Source of the DNA: an uncultured Planctomycetales bacterium
GTDB lineage: Bacteria; Omnitrophota; Gorgyraeia; Gygaellales; Profunditerraquicolaceae
DNA: 64,000 nt
Direction: 5' to 3'
Assembly (NCBI GenBank): GCA_964427405.1
Contig: CAYRUB010000003.1
Coordinates: 64,946-128,945, forward strand
The notes beneath the pieces are model-generated. The model was not told the origin of the DNA, searched no databases, and saw nothing but the letters and a program-made list of their open reading frames with translations. The position numbers and the translations under genes were made by a program. Of this stretch, positions 1 through 8,372 are shown piece after piece. Position 1 is the stretch's first letter. Each line of letters begins with the position of its first letter.

Positions 1-113
1 GAATTTAGCTGGCCTGCTTTGTTGGTTACTATTGGCTTTGCCCCACAAAGCTCAATCGCCTTGGACACACTATGAATATTGCCCATGCCATAGTCAATAA
101 TCGCTATCTTCAT
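1..113 (-). CDS. hisH: Imidazole glycerol phosphate synthase glutamine amidotransferase subunit HisH, N-terminal fragment; the gene runs off the window start
   Basis: Minus-strand translation from the ATG at 113..111 reads [27 protein letters not shown], a typical HisH N-terminus. Its ATG overlaps the hisB stop (TAATG). Confidence 0.6.
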   Translation of the reverse strand, partial: MKIAIIDYGMGNIHSVSKAIELCGAKPIVTNKAGQLN

Positions 114-787
114 TAGTCAATAACACCTTTGGTAGAAGGAATGCCTTTCCTGCGCGGATCAATTCCTACAGCTTCAGATAGAGCCTTTCCTAACGCCTTA
201 AAAACCGGCTCCAAAGAAGTATGTAAATCATTACTCGCATTTTCGATTTTAATATTCAAATTCATCCCAAGCTGTTTGGCAAAAGCGTCAAAAAAATGTT
301 CGGCATATTCAAGCCTATACTCCTGTATAGGTTTAACAGCATCCGCAGGATCTACTTTTCTGATTCTATCATATAGCTTTCCAAAATCTACATAATCGGA
401 TTGTTCTTTCGCAATGCCCTTAATAGCGCCGCTAATTTTAAAAGAACCCCTACCGCTAATATCAAGACTTACGGTGGCAGTTACCTCCTCCATCGGAACT
501 GAAGCATCTCCAATTCTATTGATCCCCTTTTTATCACCTAAGGCCAACTTAAAAACTTGCCCCAAAACAATCCCTAGATCTTCGTTGGCATGATGAATAT
601 CAACCTTAAAATCTGCTTCCTTAGTAGTAATCTCTAAGTCAAAATGCCCCCAGAATGCGAAGAGCTCCAGCATATGATCCAAGAAACCTATCCCGGAATT
701 AATCTTTGATTCTCCTGATCCGTCAATATTCAACTTAACCGTTATATTGGTCTCTTTACTTTCCCGGGTTTTGCTCGCTTCTCTCAT
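113..787 (-). CDS. hisB: Imidazoleglycerol-phosphate dehydratase
   Basis: 224 aa with the IGPD motifs GIGFLDHML and DxHH. It lies in a his operon context with hisD and hisH. Confidence 0.9.
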   Translation of the reverse strand: MREASKTRESKETNITVKLNIDGSGESKINSGIGFLDHMLELFAFWGHFDLEITTKEADFKVDIHHANEDLGIVLGQVFKLALGDKKGINRIGDASVPMEEVTATVSLDISGRGSFKISGAIKGIAKEQSDYVDFGKLYDRIRKVDPADAVKPIQEYRLEYAEHFFDAFAKQLGMNLNIKIENASNDLHTSLEPVFKALGKALSEAVGIDPRRKGIPSTKGVID

Positions 788-828
788 TTTTCTCCTTACC
801 TACATTCTACCTACCCTATTCTCGAAAA

Positions 829-2055
829 TTATACGAACCTTGCCTTTACCGAATCCACATGTTTTTGCAATCCTTCAATCCCGGCGATCTTCTCAAGCGG
901 CTCGCGCATTTTCTCAAGCGCCTTTTTGGAATAGCTGATAATATGGCTGCTCTTCATAAAATCACACACGCTTAAACCGGAGAAGAACCTGGCTGTGCCG
1001 CTGGTTGGCAATACATGGCTTGGACCGGCAACATAATCTCCCACAGCAGTCGGGCTATAAGGCCCTAAAAATATTGCCCCGGCATTTTTTATTTTCCTTG
1101 CCAACCCCTTAGGATTCTGCACTAAAATCTCCAAATGCTCAGGCGCAATCTTATTGGCAATCTCGCAGGCTTGTTCTAAGTTCTTGGTCAAAATAATATA
1201 CCCGTTATCCCCATCCAACTGGGATTTTACTTCTTTAGCTAACGCCTTGGAGTTAGTAATTAATATTGCCAGACCTTTTGCATGCTCAGCCTGGGCGCGC
1301 AGGTCAGCAATAATAAATTTTGGGTCACTAAAACGGTTGGCGATAATCACCAACTCTGTTGGCCCGGCAATCATATCTATATCAACCAAACCAAAAACCT
1401 GCCGCTTTGCTTCGCTTACATAAACATTCCCCGGGCCGACAATCTTATCCACTCTTGGGACAGTCTTGGTCCCGTAAGCTAAGGCCGCAATCCCCTGCGC
1501 TCCGCCAACACGATAAATTTCATCAACCTTTAAGAGATCGGCAATTACCAGGATGTGCGGATTAATATAACCGTTTTTATCCGGCGGACTGACCAAAACA
1601 ATCTTTTTTACCCCTGCCAGCTTTGCCGGCAAGACCGTCATATAAACCGTTGAGACCAGAGGCGCTGTCCCGGCAGGAATATAAATACCCACTTTTTCAA
1701 GAGGCGTATAATTTTCACCCAACACTGCGCCCTCAATCCCTTTTATCCTCCAGGATTTACGCATCTGCTTGCGGTAAAAACGATTCACATTTTCTATGAC
1801 TACTTTAAGTGAACTGACAAAATTCGGGCTGATATTAGCGTAGGCTCCGCTGATTTCAATCTCCGAGACCTTTAACTGCCTCGGCATCATTTTCACCCCG
1901 TCAAACTTCTTGGTATACTTAAGCAGCGCCTCATCTCCAAAAAGGCGCACATCATCAATGATCTTTCTCACCTTTTCCTCGACGCGGGCCTGCCGCGTTA
2001 AGCCGCGATTATAAATCTTCTCTAATTTTTTACTGGCTGCTTTTATAATCTTCAT
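829..2055 (-). CDS. hisD: Histidinol dehydrogenase
   Basis: 408 aa with HisD-like conservation throughout. Start is an ATG at 2055. Confidence 0.9.
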   Translation of the reverse strand: MKIIKAASKKLEKIYNRGLTRQARVEEKVRKIIDDVRLFGDEALLKYTKKFDGVKMMPRQLKVSEIEISGAYANISPNFVSSLKVVIENVNRFYRKQMRKSWRIKGIEGAVLGENYTPLEKVGIYIPAGTAPLVSTVYMTVLPAKLAGVKKIVLVSPPDKNGYINPHILVIADLLKVDEIYRVGGAQGIAALAYGTKTVPRVDKIVGPGNVYVSEAKRQVFGLVDIDMIAGPTELVIIANRFSDPKFIIADLRAQAEHAKGLAILITNSKALAKEVKSQLDGDNGYIILTKNLEQACEIANKIAPEHLEILVQNPKGLARKIKNAGAIFLGPYSPTAVGDYVAGPSHVLPTSGTARFFSGLSVCDFMKSSHIISYSKKALEKMREPLEKIAGIEGLQKHVDSVKARFV

Positions 2056-2088
2056 TTATTTTCTCATTTTCGCCTATCCTGTTACCCT

Positions 2089-4695
2089 TTATAAATAACT
2101 CTTAATTATATCCTTTATTTTATCAAATGCCAATGTAAAATTTTCAGGTAATGTCCCCCCGGCCTGGGCAAAATCCTGCCTGCCTCCGCCTGAGCCTCCG
2201 ATAAGCGGAGCAACCTGACGGATCAATGCACCCGCATCTAAACCTCTGGTTAACAAATCATGCGTAACCGCGATAACCAAATACGCCCTTTTTTGCTCAT
2301 TATCCTGCGAGCCTAAAGCAATCACCCCTTGCCTCAACTGCTCTTTTACCTTATCCGCCAGAAGCCGCAAGGCATTCATCTCTAAACCATCCTCAAACGA
2401 AGCAACTACTTTTATTCCATTAATCTCTACTTTCTTATCTATAATCCTTGGTATTGCATCCCGCAGGCTGCTAATTACTTCCAAGCTGTGCTTCTTCTCC
2501 TGCTCCTTTAATTCTTTTAGCTTATCCTTCTTTTTAGATTCTTCAACCGTTTTCTGCTGTTCATCTTTAATAAACTGCTCCGCAAAACTGGCAGTGGTTC
2601 CTTCGATCCTTCTTATCCCACTGGCTACTGAACCCTCGCTAATTATCTTTATAAAGCCGATTTCACTAATATTATCAAGATGCGTGCCTCCGCATAACTC
2701 TTTTGAAATATCTCCTATAGAAACCACGCGCACATTATCGCCGTATTTCTCCTCGAAAAATGCCAGCGCCCCTGCTTTCTTTGCTTCTTTAATAGGCATC
2801 TCTTTGCAATTTACCGCCTGATTCTTAGCAACCCAGCCATTAGCTACCTCCTCAACCCTGGCAATCTCCTCTTTGGATAATCCCTTAAAATGTGTAAAAT
2901 CAAAACGGAACCTTTCTTCGGCTACCATTGAGCCCTGCTGCTGGACGTGATTTCCTAAAACTTCGCGTAAAGCTGCCTGCAATATATGTGTAGCCGTGTG
3001 ATTACGGGCAATATTTAATCTGCGTTCAATATTTATCTGTGCGACTACCTTATCGCCTTTTTTAAAAACTCCAGAGCTAACCTGTCCAATATGCAAAAAT
3101 ACATTATCAACCTTCTGTGTATTTAAAACCTCAAAGATATTCGTTCCGCTTATTAATTTACCGGTATCCCCAACCTGTCCTCCGGATTCCGCGTAAAAAG
3201 GCGTTTCGTTAAGAATGACTGCGGCTTCCACTCCCGGGCTTATCTCAGTTATTTTCTTATTCTTTCTATCAGGATCAATAATTTCAACTATCTCAGCTTC
3301 TATAGAATTATTCTTATAACCTAAAAATTTTGTATCTTTTAACTTTAACCCTAAACCTTTGGCATCAAAAACATCGCCCTTCATTGAACTCTGCAGCCTA
3401 GAACGAGTCATCTGTTCAAGTAGTTCTTGATCAAACGCTCCCTGAGAAATTCGCATGCCTTCTTCATTTAACCAAGCCTTAGTTAAATCTAAAGGTATTC
3501 CGTAAGTATCATAAAGTTGAAAAGCAATTCTACCTACCTTTTCCGGGTCTTGTTCCCGGCCAAGTCCGCTGAACTTATCCTTAAATAAATCATTGCTTGA
3601 ATTCAGGGTACGAATAAAATTATTTTCTTCATTCAGAATAACCTGAGCAATATCCTCCTGCCTGTCTTTTAAATCCGGATAAGGCGTATGCATAATCTGG
3701 GCAAGCTGTCCGACTAATCTATTTAAGAATGGCTTATTTATGCCCAAGCTTCTTAAATGCATGACGCTCTTACGGATAATCTTCCTGACGATATACCCGC
3801 GGCCATCATTGGATGGAGATATCCCGTCATATATTGAAAAAACCACTGCCCTTAGATGGTCGGCAATAGCATAAAGAGCCTTCTTGCTATCCTTGGGATT
3901 TATCTCTATTTCTACACTGCGCTGGATCTCTTTAATTATCGGCTGGAATAATTCTGTCTCAAAATTATTCTGCTTACCCTGCATAACCGCGGCCAACCTC
4001 TCTAAACCCATACCTGTATCAATATTCTTATTCGGCAGAGGTTCTAAACTTGCGTCACTCTTGCGGTTAAATTGTGTAAAAACCAAATTCCATATTTCTA
4101 CAAACCTTCCACAGCTGCAGGACGGATCGCAAATTTTCTCACCGCAACCCACACTAGGCCCAAAATCATAAAAGATCTCTGAACATGGCCCACATGGACC
4201 GTTGGGCCCTTTTGTTTTAGCCTCCGCCGGCCAAAAATTATCTTTGTCCCCAAGCTTTACAATCTTTTTTTCAGGTATGCCTATTTTATCCTTCCAAATC
4301 TTATAGGCCTCATCGTCTTCCTGATAAACTGAAACCCAAAGTTTATCCTGATCTATGCGTAATTCTTTAGTCAAAAACTCCCAGGCCCAGGTAATCGCCT
4401 CCTGTTTAAAATAATCCCCGAAGGAAAAGTTACCCAACATTTCAAAAAAGGTGTGATGAGCGCTAGTCTTACCGACTTTATCCAGATCATCCGTGCGCAG
4501 GCAACGTTGAGCTGTTGCAGCGCGCTTAAATCCGGCGTCAAAACCCATAAACTCTTTTTTAAACTGGTTCATTCCGGCAGGAGTAAACAACACTGTTGGA
4601 TCATCCTTGGGAACCAAAGAATCACTTTCAACAAGCTTATGTTTCCTAGCCTTAAAGAAATCCAGGAATTTTTCTCTTAAACTATCTGCTGTCAT
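2089..4695 (-). CDS. alaS: Alanine--tRNA ligase
   Basis: 868 aa. Class II AlaRS N-terminus (FTPAGMNQFK), an editing domain with the HTATH motif, and a C-terminal DHHA1-like region with a GGGGR-type motif. Confidence 0.95.
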   Translation of the reverse strand: MTADSLREKFLDFFKARKHKLVESDSLVPKDDPTVLFTPAGMNQFKKEFMGFDAGFKRAATAQRCLRTDDLDKVGKTSAHHTFFEMLGNFSFGDYFKQEAITWAWEFLTKELRIDQDKLWVSVYQEDDEAYKIWKDKIGIPEKKIVKLGDKDNFWPAEAKTKGPNGPCGPCSEIFYDFGPSVGCGEKICDPSCSCGRFVEIWNLVFTQFNRKSDASLEPLPNKNIDTGMGLERLAAVMQGKQNNFETELFQPIIKEIQRSVEIEINPKDSKKALYAIADHLRAVVFSIYDGISPSNDGRGYIVRKIIRKSVMHLRSLGINKPFLNRLVGQLAQIMHTPYPDLKDRQEDIAQVILNEENNFIRTLNSSNDLFKDKFSGLGREQDPEKVGRIAFQLYDTYGIPLDLTKAWLNEEGMRISQGAFDQELLEQMTRSRLQSSMKGDVFDAKGLGLKLKDTKFLGYKNNSIEAEIVEIIDPDRKNKKITEISPGVEAAVILNETPFYAESGGQVGDTGKLISGTNIFEVLNTQKVDNVFLHIGQVSSGVFKKGDKVVAQINIERRLNIARNHTATHILQAALREVLGNHVQQQGSMVAEERFRFDFTHFKGLSKEEIARVEEVANGWVAKNQAVNCKEMPIKEAKKAGALAFFEEKYGDNVRVVSIGDISKELCGGTHLDNISEIGFIKIISEGSVASGIRRIEGTTASFAEQFIKDEQQKTVEESKKKDKLKELKEQEKKHSLEVISSLRDAIPRIIDKKVEINGIKVVASFEDGLEMNALRLLADKVKEQLRQGVIALGSQDNEQKRAYLVIAVTHDLLTRGLDAGALIRQVAPLIGGSGGGRQDFAQAGGTLPENFTLAFDKIKDIIKSYL

Positions 4696-5221
4696 ATGTT
4701 TTATTTAGCACATCCCCAATCAAATCCGGCGAGAACCCTCTACGCATCAAATACGCATATACCCGCTGCTTAGCCTTAAGCGGCTCTATACCCTTCAACT
4801 TGGAAAATCTTTGCCCAGCCAACTTCCTTACTATACCAGCTTCATCGTAATCTTCTTTTGCCTGAACAAAAGTTTCTTCAATAATTTCTTTATCTAAACC
4901 CTTCTGAACTAATTCCTGCCTTATCCTTCTTAAACCAAATGGCCGCCTCAGCCGGCTGGATACCCAGCCCTTGGCAAAAATGCGGTCATCAATAAATTCT
5001 CTATCTTTTAAGAAATTTACCGTATCATGGCATAGCTCTTCGGAAAAACCTTTCTGCCTTAGTCTTTGCAATAGCTCCTTCTCGCTACGCAGACGAAACT
5101 TAAGCAGAAGAAAAGCATACTCTCTGGCTTTTTCCGGGCTATGGCTTTGCCGACAGGATGGCAAACCATCGCCTTGTGGCTTAACTGGCGAGGCTAAACT
5201 TCTTGCGCGCTTCTTTCTCAA
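4682..5221 (-). CDS. recX: RecX-like regulatory protein. The start is uncertain: the track start is TTG and overlaps the recA 3' end.
   Basis: 179 aa, basic, with repeated helical modules, immediately downstream of recA on the same strand (canonical recA-recX order). The 5' end overlaps recA by ~40 nt and has no in-frame ATG. Confidence 0.6.
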   Translation of the reverse strand: MRKKRARSLASPVKPQGDGLPSCRQSHSPEKAREYAFLLLKFRLRSEKELLQRLRQKGFSEELCHDTVNFLKDREFIDDRIFAKGWVSSRLRRPFGLRRIRQELVQKGLDKEIIEETFVQAKEDYDEAGIVRKLAGQRFSKLKGIEPLKAKQRVYAYLMRRGFSPDLIGDVLNKTYDSR

Positions 5222-6242
5222 TATCTTCCTGTAATTTTGGATTTTCTTTTAAGAATTTTATTGCCGCCTCCCGCCCCTGGCCTAACTTTTTATCTTCAAA
5301 TGAAAGCCATGTTCCGGACTTAGCAATTACTCCTAAACTTACCGACGCATCAATTACCGCGCCGGTCTTAGCAATCCCCTCATCATGCATAATATCAAAC
5401 TCTGCCTCACGAAATGGCGGGGCAACTTTATTCTTAACCACCCTTACCCTGACATGATTACCAATAACCTTATCCCCTTCTTTTAAGTAAGCAATTCTAC
5501 GCACATCCAATCTTACCGAACAATAAAACTTAAGCGCTCTGCCGCCGGGAGTTGTCTCAGGCGAACCAAACATAACCCCAATCTTTTCTCTTAACTGGTT
5601 AATAAAAATTACCGTGGTGCGCGATTTACTGATTGAACCGGTCAGCTTACGCAAGGCCTGCGACATCAACCGCGCCTGCAAGCCCATATGTGAATCCCCC
5701 ATCTCACCTTCAATTTCCGCCCGCGGAGTAAGCGCCGCCACTGAATCAACCACTACTAAATCTACAGCATTAGAACGCACCAGGGTTTCCGTAATCTCTA
5801 AAGCCTGCTCCCCGGTATCCGGTTGGGAAATTAAAAGGTCATCCAAATTCAAACCGATTATCTTGGCATAAGTTGGATCGAAGGCATGCTCCGCGTCAAT
5901 AAATGCCGCAACTCCGCCCTTTTTCTGGATCTCCCTGATCGCGGTTAATGTCAAAGTGGTCTTTCCAGAGGCCTCCGGCCCGAATATCTCAACCACCCTG
6001 CCCCGAGGCAGGCCTCCAACACCCAAAGCAAGATCTAACGTAAGCGCGCCTGTTGATATAGTCTCAACATTTGCCTTGGTATGCGCCCCCAACTTCATAA
6101 TTGAACCCTTGCCAAACTGTTTTTCTATCTGCGCCAAAGCCAACTCCAGCGCCTTTTGCCGGTCTGATGTCTCTTTTATTTCTTCTTTCCCCGCCTTCGG
6201 CGGGATCTCGACTCTTGGTTGTGACTTCTTTTCAACTGACAT
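5181..6242 (-). CDS. recA: Recombinase RecA
   Basis: 353 aa with Walker [11 protein letters not shown] and the RecA L1/L2 regions. Start ATG at 6242 is preceded by GGAGGG. Confidence 0.95.
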   Translation of the reverse strand: MSVEKKSQPRVEIPPKAGKEEIKETSDRQKALELALAQIEKQFGKGSIMKLGAHTKANVETISTGALTLDLALGVGGLPRGRVVEIFGPEASGKTTLTLTAIREIQKKGGVAAFIDAEHAFDPTYAKIIGLNLDDLLISQPDTGEQALEITETLVRSNAVDLVVVDSVAALTPRAEIEGEMGDSHMGLQARLMSQALRKLTGSISKSRTTVIFINQLREKIGVMFGSPETTPGGRALKFYCSVRLDVRRIAYLKEGDKVIGNHVRVRVVKNKVAPPFREAEFDIMHDEGIAKTGAVIDASVSLGVIAKSGTWLSFEDKKLGQGREAAIKFLKENPKLQEDIEKEARKKFSLAS

Positions 6243-6274
6243 TTTAACCCTCCACTTTTTAAATTTAAGTAAAT

Positions 6275-6303
6275 ATTATAACCCGACCCCACCCAAGTGT
6301 CAA
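6275..6303 (-). promoter_or_regulatory. Sigma70-type consensus promoter for recA (TTGACA-N17-TATAAT)
   Basis: Minus strand reads TTGACACTTGGGTGGGGTCGGGTTATAAT, ~35 nt upstream of the recA RBS/ATG. Confidence 0.4.
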
Positions 6304-6312
6304 CCACATTCC

Positions 6313-6361
6313 TATAATAGAAATCCCTCCTTTCTGCCTTAATAGACGCATAAAGGAGGGA
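6313..6361 (-). terminator. Rho-independent terminator after the tail-fiber-like gene
   Basis: Perfect 10-bp stem TCCCTCCTTT/AAAGGAGGGA (6324..6333 and 6352..6361) with an 18-nt loop, followed on the minus strand by a T-rich TTTCTATTAT. It lies 27 nt downstream of the stop at 6388. Confidence 0.45.
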
Positions 6362-6387
6362 AACCTAACAATAATTATGGGACGTTT

Positions 6388-7041
6388 CTATTTTCTTTCC
6401 AGCTTATCCAATCGAGCCTTCAGCCCATTAATCTCAATTTGCTGAGCCTTAATAACATCCTGTTGTTCCTGAATAGCAGCCGTCAGAATCGCCTCTATGC
6501 CGCTCGGGTTATACCAATAGTAGCCATCTTCATCCTGTGTAACCATAGTCGGGAAAATGCTGCCGATCTCTTGCGCGATAAATCCATATTTTAAACCCAA
6601 GCTTGCCCCAAACTGCTTACCATGAAGATCGTTCCATGTGTAGGATATAGGGCGCAAAGCCAAGACTTTACTAAGAGAGCTACCCTTTAGCTCACTTTTA
6701 ACGTCTTTCCAACGCCGGTCAGATGTATTAGTCCACGCAGTTCCCGTGCTCAAACCAGCAGTTCCCACAACATTAAGCCGATACGACCCCGGAACCATCG
6801 TCCCGATGCCAACTTTACCTTTAATCCAAACATCTCCGGTGGTAGTGGGCACATCAGCAGCAGTAAAAAAGCCGTCACTATTATTATCTCCCACGCCAAG
6901 TTTATCTGTCTGTAGAGAGTTGTAGCTTCCGTACGGCGAAGGATAATATGTGGTAATAGTAATGTCTTCAGCAAAAACAATAGACGCAAAAAGAACTAAA
7001 ACAGAAGAAATTAATAAGAAACTTTTTGACAATCTTGCCAT
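6388..7041 (-). CDS. Secreted tail-fiber-domain protein with a C-terminal S74-type intramolecular chaperone (endosialidase chaperone) domain and coiled coil
   Basis: Start re-assigned to the ATG at 7041 (MARLSKSFLLISSVLVLFASIVFA, a signal peptide), which has a perfect AAGGAGG SD 5 nt upstream; the track start at 7077 is GTG. The motif SDRRWKDVKSELKG...LALRPISYTWND matches the tail-fiber auto-cleaving chaperone domain. The C-terminus has heptad-like repeats (QQIEINGLKARLDKLERK). Confidence 0.7.
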   Translation of the reverse strand: MARLSKSFLLISSVLVLFASIVFAEDITITTYYPSPYGSYNSLQTDKLGVGDNNSDGFFTAADVPTTTGDVWIKGKVGIGTMVPGSYRLNVVGTAGLSTGTAWTNTSDRRWKDVKSELKGSSLSKVLALRPISYTWNDLHGKQFGASLGLKYGFIAQEIGSIFPTMVTQDEDGYYWYNPSGIEAILTAAIQEQQDVIKAQQIEINGLKARLDKLERK

Positions 7042-7044
7042 CAC

Positions 7045-7096
7045 TTCCTCCTTGCCCAGAAAGGGCACACCGGCCACTTCCTTTCAGGCCGGGTGT
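7045..7096 (-). promoter_or_regulatory. Structured 5' leader: GC hairpin plus a 27-nt SD-containing motif, also found at 37402..37428
   Basis: Minus strand reads ACACCCGGCCTGAAAGGAAGTGGCCGGTGTGCCCTTTCTGGGCAAGGAGGAAGTGATG. CCUUCU can pair with AGGAGG (one G-U pair). Confidence 0.3.
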
Positions 7097-7112
7097 TGGT
7101 AATATTGAATTA

Positions 7113-7140
7113 ATTATATAGGAATATCCTATAATGTCAA
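7113..7140 (-). promoter_or_regulatory. Sigma70-type consensus promoter (TTGACA-N16-TATAAT) for the tail-fiber-like gene, with a 15-bp perfect palindrome in the spacer
   Basis: Minus strand reads TTGACATTATAGGATATTCCTATATAAT. The spacer contains ATAGGAATATCCTAT (7118..7132), which equals its own reverse complement. Confidence 0.4.
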
Positions 7141-7200
7141 CTATTTAACACCCTACCCCTTTCTTGACTTTAGCAAGAAATGTGTTACACTTAAAACATT

Positions 7201-8367
7201 ATGGAAGAGCTGAATAAATTAAAGATTGAACTTGAGCGCACAAAAATCGAGCTGGGGATACTCTATGAAATCTCTAATGCCATGCGCACCACCTTAAAAC
7301 TGGATGAAATTCTTTACATAATCCTTACAGGTGTAACTGCGCATACCGGCTTAGGATTCAACCGCGCCATGCTTTTCCTAGTCAATGAAAAGGATAAAAT
7401 CATAGAAGGTAAAATGGGTATCGGACCGGAAAATGGCGAAGAAGCTAATATCGCCTGGACCAAAATTGAAGAAGAAAAGATGGACCTGGATGACCTGATC
7501 AGCGCCTTTAAGAATTCCAGCTGGGTATTGGAATCCGGATTTAACCGCCAGGTCAAGAGCCTAAAGGTATCTATGCAGGACAAAGATGAAAACCCTCTTT
7601 CTTTAGCAGTCCTAGAAGGCATGCCCCTGCATTTAACCAGCCAGGCTATAAAAAAATATCAGAACTCCCCCGTAATTAAAATGTTGGGAAGCAACGAACT
7701 TTTACTTATCCCGTTAAAAGCAAAAGACCGGGTAAACGGAATTATCGTAACAGATAATTTCATCACTAATGATCCGATTACCAAAGACGATATCCGCATG
7801 CTCACCATGCTGGCTAACCAGGCAGGCCTGGCGATTGAAAACTCCCAGCTTTTTGAATTAACCGCCGAACGCGCGCACTCGGATTACCTGACCAACCTCT
7901 GGAACCACGGATATTTCCAGTTTCTTCTGCAGACAGAGATGGAAAAAGCTAAAGCAACCAAAAGCAAACTTAGTTTGGTTACAATAGATATAGATAATTT
8001 TAAGGTTTATAACGACACTTTAGGACACCAGGCAGGAGACAAAATATTAAAAGACTTAGCGCGGCTCTTGCGTAATCAATCACGCAAGATGGATCATGTC
8101 TGCCGTTACGGAGGCGAAGAATTCACTATAATCTTGCCCCAAACCGAACAGAAAGAAGCCTACATGATCGCCGAACGCCTAAGAGTGGATATTCAAAAAT
8201 ACCCTTTTTTAAATGAGGAGATCTTTCCTAATAAAACACTGACGGTAAGCTTGGGAATCGCCACCTTCCCTGAGAACGGGCTGTTTCCTGCGGACCTGAT
8301 TACCTCTTCAGACAAATCACTCTACAAAGCAAAAAACCAGGGCAAAAATATCACCTGCTGCAGTTAA
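7201..8367 (+). CDS. GAF domain-containing diguanylate cyclase (GGDEF)
   Basis: 388 aa with an N-terminal GAF-like region and a C-terminal GGDEF domain carrying the RYGGEEF active-site motif. It is the only plus-strand gene. There is no SD before the ATG; a -35/-10-like TTGACT-N16-TACACT sits immediately upstream. Confidence 0.85.
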   Translation: MEELNKLKIELERTKIELGILYEISNAMRTTLKLDEILYIILTGVTAHTGLGFNRAMLFLVNEKDKIIEGKMGIGPENGEEANIAWTKIEEEKMDLDDLISAFKNSSWVLESGFNRQVKSLKVSMQDKDENPLSLAVLEGMPLHLTSQAIKKYQNSPVIKMLGSNELLLIPLKAKDRVNGIIVTDNFITNDPITKDDIRMLTMLANQAGLAIENSQLFELTAERAHSDYLTNLWNHGYFQFLLQTEMEKAKATKSKLSLVTIDIDNFKVYNDTLGHQAGDKILKDLARLLRNQSRKMDHVCRYGGEEFTIILPQTEQKEAYMIAERLRVDIQKYPFLNEEIFPNKTLTVSLGIATFPENGLFPADLITSSDKSLYKAKNQGKNITCCS

Positions 8368-8372
8368 CACTT

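Noticed and set aside
4682-5221. Treating the recX 5' overlap with recA as a programmed frameshift or fusion
   Set aside because: The track start is a TTG and the true start is probably an internal non-ATG codon. Overlap or coupling between recA and recX is common and is not evidence of recoding.
6750-6989. 79-aa minus-strand ORF overlapping the tail-fiber-like gene in another frame
   Set aside because: It is an alternative-frame ORF inside a confidently called CDS, with no independent support.
7088-7153. ACACCC / GGGTGT 6-7-mer inverted repeats flanking the tail-fiber promoter as an independent regulator site
   Set aside because: These are short motifs that could arise by chance. They are retained only as a supporting detail of the shared-leader finding, not as a separate feature.
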